Virus record (IMG/VR): IMGVR_UViG_3300033518_000398
Span: 14,764-78,763 of that record
Length of the DNA: 64,000 nucleotides
DNA from: a virus
Lineage: Duplodnaviria > Caudoviricetes
Strand: one strand, 5' to 3'
The translations under genes were made by a program, and so were the position numbers. Shown here piece by piece: positions 1 through 11,110 of the stretch. How positions within the stretch are numbered: position 1 is the first letter of the stretch; each line of letters starts with the position of its first letter. The notes under the pieces were generated by a model. It saw only the letters and a program-made list of their open reading frames with translations. It ran no database searches and had not been told where the DNA came from.

Positions 1-356
1 AGTCTTCCGATTTTATCACTTAAATCCAATAGTGTTGAAACACCAGTTAAAACACGTAGAGTTTCTTTTTCGCTCTCCATCCATTGACGACCACGTTCTT
101 CTTCTCTGCTTAACATTTCAATTCTAATTTTTTCCAGTGTATCAGCATGTTCTTTTCTTATTGTGTCGATTCTTGCCACATTTTGTTGTTGTTGTAATAT
201 TGCTTCAGCACCTCTTCTTTTCATTGCATTCATTGTAATACCAATAACAAATGAAAATATGAGAAACACTATAATAAACAGATAAAAGAAAACATTATCC
301 CATATGGGGTGCACATGTGAAGGTATTTGTAAAAATATTGACAATAGTTGCATCAT
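1..356 (-). CDS. Partial membrane-anchored coiled-coil protein (runs off window start)
   Basis: Hand-translated MMQLLSIFLQIPSHVHPIWDNVFFYLFIIVFLIFSFVIGITMNAMKRR...; one TM segment then a charged helix; CTATTTAT motif upstream. Confidence 0.6.
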   Translation of the reverse strand, partial: MMQLLSIFLQIPSHVHPIWDNVFFYLFIIVFLIFSFVIGITMNAMKRRGAEAILQQQQNVARIDTIRKEHADTLEKIRIEMLSREEERGRQWMESEKETLRVLTGVSTLLDLSDKIGR

Positions 357-426
357 AATTTGCTTTTAAATAAATAGTCAAAAAAACATCAATTGATTGC
401 ATATTAATTAAGTTTTTTATAACTTT

Positions 427-434
427 GTATTTAT
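427..434 (+). promoter_or_regulatory. Recurrent phage late-promoter-like motif GTATTTAT (first instance)
   Basis: Found about 10-35 nt upstream of more than 20 starts on both strands, e.g. + 19483, 23072, 23975; - 11128, 15901, 18070, 19451. Confidence 0.75.
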
Positions 435-450
435 AATAAAATTTATTCAC

Positions 451-3400
451 ATGCATCCTAAAATTAAATATATTGAAGACCCCAATGCGGTTAACCTTAG
501 AAATCAGCATGGAGAAAATACTATTACAAATGCCGTTGCTAATTATCAGGATATGAATATATTTGCAGAATTGACTGCAAGTAGAAGAGGAAGAAGTGTG
601 ATTGTGACTGGAGAAGGAATGCAAAAAACTGGCACTGAAAAAACACTGAAAGTTAATTTTATTGGAAATAATCAGAATAAAAACAATTATGGTGACGATA
701 ATGACATTAATAATCCCAATTATTTAAATTTTACAACTAACTATTATGATGGTAGTACCCCTGATAATCAAATACAATATGAATCTTTTGGTATAACAAG
801 TATTAAAGTGGTAATAAATTCATCATATGTACCACAAGTTAATATTCAATTCGTTGATATTAGAGGCTTGTCGTTTTTTAATCAAGAAAATTCACCATAT
901 AGAATATTGTTTGACTTTCCACCACCAATTTTTAATTTAAAAATTAAAGGATATTATGGAAAACCTTTGGAATATAACTTACATTTGGTTAAATATACTA
1001 CGGAATTTAAAGCAGAAAATGGTAATTTTGTGATTGATGCGCAATTTGTTGCACTCACCTTTGCACCGTTAAGTGATGTGTTGTTCAGATACGTCATTAA
1101 TTTTCCATTGATGATTGATGGTATTTCAAATCCAGAACCGAATCAACCACCAAAAAATACTAATGAATTAATATTGAAAATAAAATCACTATATTCATCT
1201 GGTAATACGCCAATTGATACAGATATTGAAAATCAGGAATTTAAAAATGTTTCAGCAACATTAACTACGATTCAAGATGCAATAATAACGCTTTCTGGAT
1301 TTAAAAATATTTTGGATGGTAATTCCTATGCTTTTGTTAATGACATAACCGAAAATGATTTACCTAAAATCACTCAATTAGCAAACAACAATATATATGG
1401 ATATAATGAATATATAAAATCAATGACAAATCTGGATAAACCTGAGACGATTAATCAGAGATTATGTATTGGATATATTGGTAATGGGAGTGATAAAAAC
1501 ACCATATATGAAAAATTATCTGATTATAGAACAACAAAATTGCTAATAACAACAATTAAAATCAATGGAGGAATTATTGATACTGATGTATCTGAGCCAC
1601 AAACGATTTATAATTATTATAATCTAAGTACGAAAAAAACAAATATTAGTGGTACAAATCCATTGGCTGAATTTAAAACCACTTATTATATTATAGACAT
1701 AACAAATTATTATGTTAAATTATATAAGAATAAAAAAATTGCCGAAGATACTAAACAAAGATTGGGTGAAAGCATGGCACTTAAAATCAACAATAATGTT
1801 GAAAGTATACTTGGCATGAAACCAACAATATATAATATTTTTAAATTAATTTTAGATGATGTTGATACATTTTTTAAAATATTAAGAGATACATCTAAAG
1901 CAGCATATGACCATCATAATAAACAGGGTATTAAGGAGGTTATTTTAAATAATAACTTAAAGGATTCTGGTGATGAAAATGTTGAAATATTCGAATTTCC
2001 ACTACTCATTAAAAATGTAACTGAGGGGTGTTCGGTTACAGAAGTAAAAGCATCACCAATGGAATTAAATAGTTTATTGCCATCAGACCCATTCCCTGAA
2101 CTAAAATTAATTGAAAATTTCATTACGACATTTTCTAACCAAAAAATACAAACAGAACAATATCTCGCAAAAGCTAATGAAAATGAGGATGGTGAGAAAA
2201 GATGGATTCCAATATCACCAATAGATTCTACATTGGCTGGAATTGATGGTATTGCAACACCATATTTAGGTCGCAGTAATTTAAGTGAAATGTTTAATGT
2301 TTTTTTAAAAAGATTTTATATACTAACACAAAGTTCACTTCCCATAAATTTTTATAAGAGTTATGATGACATTAAAGATACATATGTTGAATTATATTCT
2401 AAATCAGAAGCATTGAATTTAACAATGTCATTATTGGGCAACGAAAAATTAATTATGAGCGTTCAAGAAGCTGCTAAAAAATATAGTCAAAATATTGACG
2501 ATTTTTACACATTTCTTGATACTAATGTTACTGAACAATATGCATTCACATCTGGAAATCCAATTGTAATTGATAATTCATATATCGATAAGGAAAACCC
2601 AAACTATATTGGTTTAAATATATATCGTGAAGAAATTAGTACACAATCAACAGATGTTGAATCTGGTGATGGTCTTATTGATAAATTCACCAATGAAATT
2701 CAAAAAAACATATTTCAAACATTATTTGCTAAAGATATTCCAAATGAATCATATTTATTTACTGATGATAATATTTTATATATCAAAGATACTTTTGTTA
2801 GAAAAAATGAGGAAAAATCAAATAAATTGGCTGACTATCAAGGCATTCCACTTGAAACAAGATTTTTGTGTGATTTAAATCAAATTTATTCTGATAATAC
2901 ATTTCTGTTTAATAAGAGTAGAATTATATTTTATAGTCAAGCAGAATTATTTGGGGGGGTGGTTACTAATAAATTTCATCTACTTTCGGATGACACAATC
3001 AAAGACAAAGAATCGTTCTTAAAGGAAGAAATACCACTAAATGGAAATCATGCGATAAAAATTGATGTTGGTGGTGCAGTTAAATTAAGGAATTTTCAAA
3101 ATATTATTGATGTATGGGTTGATGTATTATCCAAAAATGATGTTGCTATTTATAATGATGTAATTTCACCTAATGCAAGTGACGTACTATTTATTTCAAC
3201 AATAATTTTATCCAATTTCGGATATACGTTAGGACCTTACAATAATTATCCAAATTATTTGCAAATGGGAGTTTTTTTAAATCCAGCTGCAATTCAAGTG
3301 CCATTATATCTTCCAGCGTATATTGGTGCACTTGTTGATGCAGATACTAATGGATTAAAAGAAAAATTGGAAAATTTTTATCTCACTGGTGGTGGTAAAG

Positions 3401-5673
3401 ATATAAATAGTTGTGGTGTTTTCACTCTTGCCGATATTAAAGATATTAATACTCATATGTCAGATAAAGATAAAGAAAAATTTTATGTGGATTATGACTC
3501 ATTTATGACAGATGGAACTTTTGCGAAAATTAAAAAGGGTATTCAAGATTTATATAATCGTGTTCAAAGTGAAAATCCAAAAGATGAAGATGAACGAAAA
3601 AAATTATATAAGAAATATCTTGAACCGGATGGTGATACATATTTCACATCAATATTAGCTGGATTAATGCGTAAATTAACTATTGTTTGTTTCAGTCAAA
3701 GCACATTCAGTAATGAAATAACTCCCACTCAATATAGTAGTTTAAAAAGTATTCGTGATAGTGATGAAGAATCAAACAAAAGAAAACAAGAAATAAATGA
3801 TACGTTTTTTAAGTCATTTTTTATTTCAGTAGATTTAAATATTGAAACAAAAAACGAAAAACAAAAAGAAATTGAAGAAGAAAATAAAAAATTATTGGGT
3901 GATGATGATATTATTACCCAATTATATTATTCTTTCAAAAATACTAATGATAAATGGTTGTGTAATCCAATAAGTGAACCATTAGAAGGTGGATATCCAT
4001 TTAATGGCGAAAAGGACTTAATTGATTCATTTGTGTTCGTGGATAGAGTAATGAGACCAATTGGTAATACCAATATAAATCCAGAAATATTGTTGGATTT
4101 GTTTGAAGATACAAACATTTCTGTTTTTAGTGTATTGTCACAATTATTGTCATTAAATGGATTTCTATTTTTTCCGCTTCAAAATTTTATTGTACATAGT
4201 GATGAGAGTTGGGAAGATTCATTTAAAATGAACCCTAATATGGACACCACCCAACAAGAAGCATTTGTGTGTTTATATGCAGGTGGTTCATCGAGCTATC
4301 CAAATAACCTAAAAAATGGTTTTCAGGATGATGGAATTGTTGATATTGCAACAACAGATGCAATTGATTTTAATACTGGTTGCGATGATTATGATAACTA
4401 TGATGATGAAAACGATAAACAAATTAAACGTAATTCGGAATATAATAAGAGTATTTTTAATAAGGTAAGAGCATTTAGAGTAATGTTTGGTCAACAAAAT
4501 CAATCAATGTTTACTGATATAAAAATTGATAGTAAGGAATATCCAGAAACAAGCGAATCACTTAAGATTCTTTCGAGATTGGCTGGTGATGGAGCACAAT
4601 CACCACCAACACCAAAAGGTCAAAACCTATATAATTTATATGAAAATCGTGCGTATGGTGCAACAATTACTGGACTTGGTAACGCTATGATTCAACCTAC
4701 GCAATATTTTCAATTAGATAATGTTCCGCTTTTTAATGGTGCATATCTTATAACAGGTGTTGAACATAACATGACTGCAAATAAAATGGAAACTAATTTC
4801 ACTGGTACTAAAATTTTAAAATATCCGATACCAAGAGTAACAACCCCTGCTGCATCAATGAAATTACTTGGTGATTTTGGTCAATATGTAAAACCAGATT
4901 CTAATCTAACAACACCTGCAACTGAAGCAACAATGATAACCGATGATAGATTGAATGAATTAAATACTGTTCTTGGTGTAGACGTATCTAATTATCAAAG
5001 AAATGTTGATTGGAACAAGGCAGTAAAATCTGGAGTTAAATTTGCATTCATTAAGGTTACTGAGGGTACTTGGTTCTATGATGAAAATTCTGCCAATTAT
5101 GAACTTCTTGGAAACATTAATAGAGCAATTGGTAATGGTGTTAAGATTGGTTATTACCACTTTGCAAGACCCGGGTCTTCAACCGACCCAGCAGCAGATG
5201 CAACTGAGGAAGCAAATTGGTTCTTATCTAAAGTAGAATTACTACCCAAACCAAGCTTTCCGCTTGTATTAGATGTTGAATCATTTATTGATAAAGCATA
5301 TGAAACTAAAAGAAAACCTGTTGCTTGGACAAATCGAAAAGCAAGTATGCCAATATATATAAGAACATTTATTGATGTTTTAAAAGATGGTGGGTATGAT
5401 ACGATAATATATTCGTATTCAGACTTTTTAAATAGTAATGGTGTTACTGATTTCAGTAAATATCCATTGTGGTTAGCTAACTACATGAATATTCGAAAAG
5501 GAATTAATCCAGAAACACATTTACCAAGTGTGCCAAAGGGATGGCAATCAAAATCAGATGAACATATTCCTTGGTCAACGTGGCAATTTACATCACAGGG
5601 ACAAGTGGCTGGTATTAGTGGTCGTGTTGATATGAATGTTATGAAAAAGGATTTTTTTGATAATTATGTTTAG
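451..5673 (+). CDS. Large virion protein (baseplate hub/tail-associated) with C-terminal GH25 muramidase
   Basis: 1740 aa; C-terminus GVDVSNYQ...FAFIKVTEG...GYYHFARP...LVLDVE...WQFTSQG matches GH25; hub-like TITGLGN...QPTQYFQL segment; GTATTTAT at 427-434. Confidence 0.8.
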   Translation: MHPKIKYIEDPNAVNLRNQHGENTITNAVANYQDMNIFAELTASRRGRSVIVTGEGMQKTGTEKTLKVNFIGNNQNKNNYGDDNDINNPNYLNFTTNYYDGSTPDNQIQYESFGITSIKVVINSSYVPQVNIQFVDIRGLSFFNQENSPYRILFDFPPPIFNLKIKGYYGKPLEYNLHLVKYTTEFKAENGNFVIDAQFVALTFAPLSDVLFRYVINFPLMIDGISNPEPNQPPKNTNELILKIKSLYSSGNTPIDTDIENQEFKNVSATLTTIQDAIITLSGFKNILDGNSYAFVNDITENDLPKITQLANNNIYGYNEYIKSMTNLDKPETINQRLCIGYIGNGSDKNTIYEKLSDYRTTKLLITTIKINGGIIDTDVSEPQTIYNYYNLSTKKTNISGTNPLAEFKTTYYIIDITNYYVKLYKNKKIAEDTKQRLGESMALKINNNVESILGMKPTIYNIFKLILDDVDTFFKILRDTSKAAYDHHNKQGIKEVILNNNLKDSGDENVEIFEFPLLIKNVTEGCSVTEVKASPMELNSLLPSDPFPELKLIENFITTFSNQKIQTEQYLAKANENEDGEKRWIPISPIDSTLAGIDGIATPYLGRSNLSEMFNVFLKRFYILTQSSLPINFYKSYDDIKDTYVELYSKSEALNLTMSLLGNEKLIMSVQEAAKKYSQNIDDFYTFLDTNVTEQYAFTSGNPIVIDNSYIDKENPNYIGLNIYREEISTQSTDVESGDGLIDKFTNEIQKNIFQTLFAKDIPNESYLFTDDNILYIKDTFVRKNEEKSNKLADYQGIPLETRFLCDLNQIYSDNTFLFNKSRIIFYSQAELFGGVVTNKFHLLSDDTIKDKESFLKEEIPLNGNHAIKIDVGGAVKLRNFQNIIDVWVDVLSKNDVAIYNDVISPNASDVLFISTIILSNFGYTLGPYNNYPNYLQMGVFLNPAAIQVPLYLPAYIGALVDADTNGLKEKLENFYLTGGGKDINSCGVFTLADIKDINTHMSDKDKEKFYVDYDSFMTDGTFAKIKKGIQDLYNRVQSENPKDEDERKKLYKKYLEPDGDTYFTSILAGLMRKLTIVCFSQSTFSNEITPTQYSSLKSIRDSDEESNKRKQEINDTFFKSFFISVDLNIETKNEKQKEIEEENKKLLGDDDIITQLYYSFKNTNDKWLCNPISEPLEGGYPFNGEKDLIDSFVFVDRVMRPIGNTNINPEILLDLFEDTNISVFSVLSQLLSLNGFLFFPLQNFIVHSDESWEDSFKMNPNMDTTQQEAFVCLYAGGSSSYPNNLKNGFQDDGIVDIATTDAIDFNTGCDDYDNYDDENDKQIKRNSEYNKSIFNKVRAFRVMFGQQNQSMFTDIKIDSKEYPETSESLKILSRLAGDGAQSPPTPKGQNLYNLYENRAYGATITGLGNAMIQPTQYFQLDNVPLFNGAYLITGVEHNMTANKMETNFTGTKILKYPIPRVTTPAASMKLLGDFGQYVKPDSNLTTPATEATMITDDRLNELNTVLGVDVSNYQRNVDWNKAVKSGVKFAFIKVTEGTWFYDENSANYELLGNINRAIGNGVKIGYYHFARPGSSTDPAADATEEANWFLSKVELLPKPSFPLVLDVESFIDKAYETKRKPVAWTNRKASMPIYIRTFIDVLKDGGYDTIIYSYSDFLNSNGVTDFSKYPLWLANYMNIRKGINPETHLPSVPKGWQSKSDEHIPWSTWQFTSQGQVAGISGRVDMNVMKKDFFDNYV

Positions 5674-5675
5674 AC

Positions 5676-5707
5676 AAAAAAGGACATCGAATTCGATGTC
5701 CTTTTTT
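5676..5707. terminator. Bidirectional intrinsic terminator
   Basis: Palindrome AAAAAAGGACATCGAATTCGATGTCCTTTTTT between convergent genes. Confidence 0.85.
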
Positions 5708-6501
5708 TATAATAAATCTCTTTTTAATTCGTGTAGTCTAATAATGTCATCAACGACACTGGTTTTACTATACTTCATTTCCTTTATTTTCTGAATAGCT
5801 TTTAAGATATTTTCTTTAACACTATCTTTATTAATTGCTTCTAACAATGTAAGACTTTCAGTTCTATAACTTTCTAAAAGTTCTTTTTTCTCTTTATCGT
5901 TGGTTTTTATTAATAATTGAAGTAAATTTTTCTCGTCTTCGTTTAAACCTGCATATTTTTCGTTAAATTTATCAACAGCGATTTCGAGTATTTCTTCACC
6001 AACGTCTTCACTTTCGACATTTTCAATAAGATTTTGTTTATATTCTTTCACATGATTTAACACAACAGTAAATGATTCGTAAATATTATCGACATCAACT
6101 TTATCATAATCATTAAGTGATTCAGTAATCAATGTATCAATTGCATTATAGAGTTTAATTCGTTCCAAATCATAATTAGCTTCTGTTATATTACCAATGT
6201 TTTCCTTGAGGAAGATATTCAATTTTTCACGTTCGGCATCAATTTCAGCAATGGTGTATACTTCAAATAACTTAATGTTATTATCAATATAACGAGTAGC
6301 AGCCAAATCATTGACAATATGTTTATTTTCGAGATTATTAACAACCTTGAATTCTAATTGTAATATTGGTGAATTCTTAATAATATTTAAAAAATCGAAA
6401 GTAACTTTCTTCGACTCATCGAGAGAATTGCCATTGAAATATGATTCTCTCAATTTATTCAAAATTACTAAATTAGCTACTCCAATGTTAGTGTTTTTCA
6501 T
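5707..6501 (-). CDS. Hypothetical helical protein next to portal (possible head assembly role)
   Basis: 264 aa ORF, late-promoter motif upstream, many (I/L)xE motifs. Confidence 0.7.
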   Translation of the reverse strand: MKNTNIGVANLVILNKLRESYFNGNSLDESKKVTFDFLNIIKNSPILQLEFKVVNNLENKHIVNDLAATRYIDNNIKLFEVYTIAEIDAEREKLNIFLKENIGNITEANYDLERIKLYNAIDTLITESLNDYDKVDVDNIYESFTVVLNHVKEYKQNLIENVESEDVGEEILEIAVDKFNEKYAGLNEDEKNLLQLLIKTNDKEKKELLESYRTESLTLLEAINKDSVKENILKAIQKIKEMKYSKTSVVDDIIRLHELKRDLL

Positions 6502-6570
6502 AATGATATTATTCGATTTAATATAAATACTATAATTAACTGTAAATGTTTCTAATCAACCTCATTTAAA

Positions 6571-8580
6571 TTATTCGGTTAACTCAATGCCTTCAATGTC
6601 CTCAAGATTAACATCTTCTGCTTCCATAATTTTTTGCGTTGTATTAAAACTTTGTGTTCCATTGAGTAATGAATCGATTTCATTAATCATGTCTTGGGCA
6701 TTTTTATTCAATTTATCATTAATCTCATTATTTTCACTAATGATTTTTTTATTCTTCTTTTCTTTCTTGTGCTCTGGTTCTGGACTATTTCCAAAGACCA
6801 TTTTCTCAACATGTTGACTAAATTCTTCTTCACTTAATTTAGAATGTCTTTCAGATAATGGTGGCATTCCACCCATGTCACCTCCTGCTGGTGCTCCACC
6901 TCCTGCTGGCGGTGCTCCACCCATATCACCACCTAATGGTGGCATTCCACCCATATCACCACCTAATGGTGGCATTCCACCCATGTCACCTCCTGCTGGT
7001 GCTCCACCAGCTTCAGTTCCACCACTTCCAACAACATCTTCTGGTGCACCAAATCGTTTATCGATATCTGCAAAAAGTCCAGTCTTTTTAATGCTAACTG
7101 GTGCATCTGCAAGTTCTTGCATAACTACTTTCTCCATTTTCTGTTGTTTCAAATCATCAACAATTTCTCTATCACTCATATTAAAGATTTGACGTTTTGC
7201 TCTTGTATGTGACATTGCAGCAATACCGCCTTCACCACGAGTTAATTCTGAATATGTTTGTGCTTTGTCACGCATTAATTCAGATTTTAATAGTTCTTGT
7301 TGTGTAGAGGGATTCGTTAGCGTTAATTCAAAGCTACTTAGGTCATCTCCAGTATAACCCAATAAATATAAATGAATCATTGCCATTTTATTGAGTTCTT
7401 GAACCATCGCTTGTTGAATACGGCTAATTTTTTTTGCAAATCTGATGTCGTATTGTGCCATGTTCTTACCTGCACCTGCTGCATCCTGAAAGCTTAAGAA
7501 TGGTTTTGGAACACCTAAACCAATAAATAAATTATCTCTGAGATATTCAATATCCTGAATTGCATCGAGATTCGATGCCCCGGGAAGCGTTTCTACTCCA
7601 GTTTGAGTATTTGCGTTTCTTACGGGTAAAAAATAATCTTCATCATTTCCCATTATATTAAAACGATAATCTATTTGACCGTCATTTGGTTGAACCTGTG
7701 CAACTTTTTTAAACTTAGTAGCTACTTTATAGATGTAGTCCTCGATATCATCTTCATCAATGTTACCTACATCAATTTTAAATACCTTTTTTTCACCTGC
7801 TCTGATAATACGATAGGTAAGCATAGCATCTTCAGCCATAACTAATTGACGAAATACTCTACGAACTTTATTTAAAATTGATGAACCGTATGGTAAATAT
7901 TTATCATCACCCAATAACCTGAAGTGTGCGATTTCAAAGACATTAAATTCATCACCAGTCATTCTTTCTTTGAATTTCACAATTGGTTTACTGTTTTGAA
8001 TCCTTTCGAAACGTTCAATTTCATAATTTACCAATTGTTTAACATGTGTGATACCCTTTTTAGGTTCTCCATAAAGTAATACGAAATTATCGCCATACTT
8101 TACAGTATTCCTCACCCAGAAAGGTAGGTTAACATTTACATTAACAATATCGAAGAAAAATTCTTCTAATAATGTTTTTATTCTTTCCTTATTTGAATAT
8201 ATATTTAACATTTTTCCATTAATTCCAATGGTTGTGGCTTCTTCCATGAAAAGGTCTAATGCCGAAGAAATAATTGGGTAATATTCCATACCTTCATAAT
8301 CCATATATGCTGGAAGTCTGGCTGCTTCATATTGTAATGCCTTTTGAAACCCTCTATCGGTTGTTCTAAAAAATTTATTCTGGAGTTCACGTTTTTGTTC
8401 TAACTCTAATCCTTTTCTATGAATTTCTTCTGGAGTATTACCCTTAATAACCACTTTAGCTTCTTTCGATGGTGTGCTTTGTGATATAGATGGTTGTGCA
8501 TCTTGAAATCCCATTCCATCAAGATTCATCAACTTATTAAGTTGTTGATATATAGTACCCTTTTTTTCTTGTTCAGCCAT
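6571..8580 (-). CDS. Portal protein (T4 gp20-like)
   Basis: Motifs EDAMLTYRIIRAGEKKVFKIDVGN, EDYFLPVR, DIEYLRDNLFIGLGVPK; adjacent to terminase. Confidence 0.9.
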   Translation of the reverse strand: MAEQEKKGTIYQQLNKLMNLDGMGFQDAQPSISQSTPSKEAKVVIKGNTPEEIHRKGLELEQKRELQNKFFRTTDRGFQKALQYEAARLPAYMDYEGMEYYPIISSALDLFMEEATTIGINGKMLNIYSNKERIKTLLEEFFFDIVNVNVNLPFWVRNTVKYGDNFVLLYGEPKKGITHVKQLVNYEIERFERIQNSKPIVKFKERMTGDEFNVFEIAHFRLLGDDKYLPYGSSILNKVRRVFRQLVMAEDAMLTYRIIRAGEKKVFKIDVGNIDEDDIEDYIYKVATKFKKVAQVQPNDGQIDYRFNIMGNDEDYFLPVRNANTQTGVETLPGASNLDAIQDIEYLRDNLFIGLGVPKPFLSFQDAAGAGKNMAQYDIRFAKKISRIQQAMVQELNKMAMIHLYLLGYTGDDLSSFELTLTNPSTQQELLKSELMRDKAQTYSELTRGEGGIAAMSHTRAKRQIFNMSDREIVDDLKQQKMEKVVMQELADAPVSIKKTGLFADIDKRFGAPEDVVGSGGTEAGGAPAGGDMGGMPPLGGDMGGMPPLGGDMGGAPPAGGGAPAGGDMGGMPPLSERHSKLSEEEFSQHVEKMVFGNSPEPEHKKEKKNKKIISENNEINDKLNKNAQDMINEIDSLLNGTQSFNTTQKIMEAEDVNLEDIEGIELTE
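6858..7010 (-). repeat. Gly/Pro/Met-rich coding repeat in portal C-terminus (GGDMGGMPPL x3)
   Basis: Approximately 30-nt tandem units ggtggcattccacccat(a/g)tcacc. Confidence 0.85.
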
Positions 8581-8651
8581 TTTATAATTTTTTATATTTT
8601 TTTATAAATACTTTAATTTTTCGCAAAAGTTGATTTAACTATAAATACATT

Positions 8652-9953
8652 CTATCTTTTGTTTTTATCTTTCAAGCCATTAAATAGCCAAGAGTTTGCA
8701 ATATAGGAATTCAGATGTGATGCACTGTTTGGTGAAATCATTGGTTTGTTTTTTATACCTCTTGTTTTTTCTATATTATCGATATCGTTAAGAGTAATTA
8801 TAGAATTTAATAATTTTTCGGTAACACCTTTACTTTGCTTATATCTTGCCATGTCGAAATTAACAACATATAAACCAATTGAAAGTCCCATAATACTATC
8901 ATCATGGAAGCTACGTTTATGGTCTGCAACTCGATTTCCTGCAACAGTAACAAATGTCTTTAACTCATTCAATAATCTAATTGACCTAATAATAACGTCT
9001 TCCATATGAATAGCTCTTTGCATTTCAAGTACCACTGATGCACGATTATTACCAATGAAGAATCCGGGGATTAAATCCACATTAATTGTCACCCCATCTG
9101 GCATTACTTTTTGCCCTCTTTTCACATAACCACTTAATCTATCTCTGGTTGGCTTATGTGTCACCTCTGCATAATGCACATTTTGGTATCCAAACTCTAA
9201 AAGTTTTTCGATACTTTGAACACCATAACCACCAGTGACATCTACAATAGTATATGCATTATTATATCGTCTACCGTATTGATATGCGATTTCGGCAAGT
9301 ACTTGTGGAACAACTTTTCCATAATATTCTGCAACTTGTAATAGTTTATGTTTTTTTATTTTAACTTTTTTTACTTTATCACCTTTGGTAATAACCTTTT
9401 CTTCAATAATTTCGGTGTTTTTCAGGATATTAATTGTTGAATTATCCTCACCATGACCCGGTGACGCATCTATTGCCATAATATAATCTTCACCAACAAT
9501 TGGGTCTTCCCATATCCACATATTTAAGTCCATGTATTCCTGACGAATAGGTGTGGTTACTTCATGTTCTTGTATACGTAAAAGATATTCTTCAGCAATG
9601 AAGTTATCACCTGAACCCAAAAACGAACAATTGTGATTTACAAAGCCATCTGCGTAATAGTCACAATCTTTAGAATCCACAATATCATAAAACTCAGATT
9701 CATCTACAATTTCTACGGATTTCACATAAAAATCGCCATCGCTAGTTGTTAAATATGAGACGTTAGGTATTAATGTTTTTGCATACATATCACAACCATT
9801 GGCTAAAAATATATGGTCTCCACTAACCACAATCGAAAAATCGTTTTCTAACGTTATTTTATAACCAATTTCTTTAAATGATTTTTCAATTCCAAGGAAG
9901 TCAACAAATTCATTTGAGCTATTTAAAATCTCATACTCGGTATTAATTAACAT
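8652..9953 (-). CDS. terL: Large terminase C-terminal (nuclease) half with N-terminal C-intein
   Basis: 108-aa IntC ending VNHN then C+1 SFLGSG; nuclease motifs MAIDAS and HDDSIM. Confidence 0.9.
   Translation of the reverse strand: MLINTEYEILNSSNEFVDFLGIEKSFKEIGYKITLENDFSIVVSGDHIFLANGCDMYAKTLIPNVSYLTTSDGDFYVKSVEIVDESEFYDIVDSKDCDYYADGFVNHNCSFLGSGDNFIAEEYLLRIQEHEVTTPIRQEYMDLNMWIWEDPIVGEDYIMAIDASPGHGEDNSTINILKNTEIIEEKVITKGDKVKKVKIKKHKLLQVAEYYGKVVPQVLAEIAYQYGRRYNNAYTIVDVTGGYGVQSIEKLLEFGYQNVHYAEVTHKPTRDRLSGYVKRGQKVMPDGVTINVDLIPGFFIGNNRASVVLEMQRAIHMEDVIIRSIRLLNELKTFVTVAGNRVADHKRSFHDDSIMGLSIGLYVVNFDMARYKQSKGVTEKLLNSIITLNDIDNIEKTRGIKNKPMISPNSASHLNSYIANSWLFNGLKDKNKR
9630..9953 (-). mobile_element. 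C-fragment of atypically split intein (108 aa)
   Basis: Block-B-like SGDHIF, block F YDIVD and block G GFVNHN; Cys+1 codon at 9627-9629. Confidence 0.85.
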
Positions 9954-11110
9954 GTTAAAAATTTAATACAATCATTAATTATTTTTAAATCCTTTTTATT
10001 TCTATTATATTCTGTAGATGTTACGATTTTTAAGTTATAACCCATTTCCCTCAATATTTTATATCTTTTTTCATCATTTTCAAATGAATGCCAATAATTA
10101 CCGTTATATTCAATAATGTTATTCCCCTGTTTAAAATCAAACATCATTACCGTATTATCATAATTATATTCAGGTGGAATTCTTAAAACAAATTCTTGAT
10201 TTAAATCGTGAAAATATATATCTTCTTTTCTCTCCAATAATTCATATATACTCCAAAACAAATCTTGAGATATGACACTGAATTTATTTGCCTTTAATTT
10301 CGATAATATATTCATTTTCCTTTCAACACTATTTTCATAATTTTTAACGCCTACTGAAATACCATATTTTTCAATATACCATTTTCTACTATTCGTTTTT
10401 ATTTCACTCAATTTTTCTTTTCTTTTATCTACATGCGTTTCCCACTCACTTCCATATTCTTTTTGAAACCATTCTTTTGAAGGGTATCTTGGATTACATT
10501 TTGAACATAATACAATAATTTCATTATTTCTCATCTTCCAAAATTTCAAATTTTTATGTGTTTCACAATAAATGTTAATTTTATTAACGAAGAAAAATAA
10601 TCTATAAGAAAATTTATTTAAATTTTTATTAAGACTATTAAATTCTTGAGTATGTGAATATAAACTCAAATATAATTTTTTATCATCCTTTAATAATCTC
10701 CTATTTCCAGATTTACCGTAGTATTTTTTATAATCGTTTTTAAGTATCTCTCTAGTTAATTCTTCATCATAAAGATTTTTAATTTCATTTAATTCTTTAT
10801 TACATGCATTCCACTGCTTTTGTGCTGAATTTATATTAGCAATCTTGAAAATTTTACTTTTTTTATCAAATATTAATATTTGATTATTCTCCGTTATTAA
10901 ATTTATATCCCCATTATATTTTATTAAAAATTTAATCTTCGCCTCTAAAATTTTATTTGAGCTATATTTTTGTATATCATACGTATATGCATTAATTAAA
11001 TTCAATAAATTGGGATAGTCTTTATTAAATTTCGATGTCCCACCTTTTATAAAATATTGATTTAGATTTTCAATCGATTTTAAAAGTTTTATTAGTATGG
11101 TCTTATCCAT
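9947..11110 (-). mobile_element. Vsr/EDxHD-like homing endonuclease in frame with TerL-N, with its own start
   Basis: ATG at 11110 (MDKTIL) preceded by GAGTATTTAT at 11128-11137; C-terminal FDFKQGNNIIEYNGNYWH. Confidence 0.75.

Noticed and set aside
9947-9975. Programmed frameshift fusing the two terL ORFs
   Set aside because: No in-frame X-XXY-YYZ heptamer; the ATGTTAA start/stop overlap fits translational coupling of a split intein.
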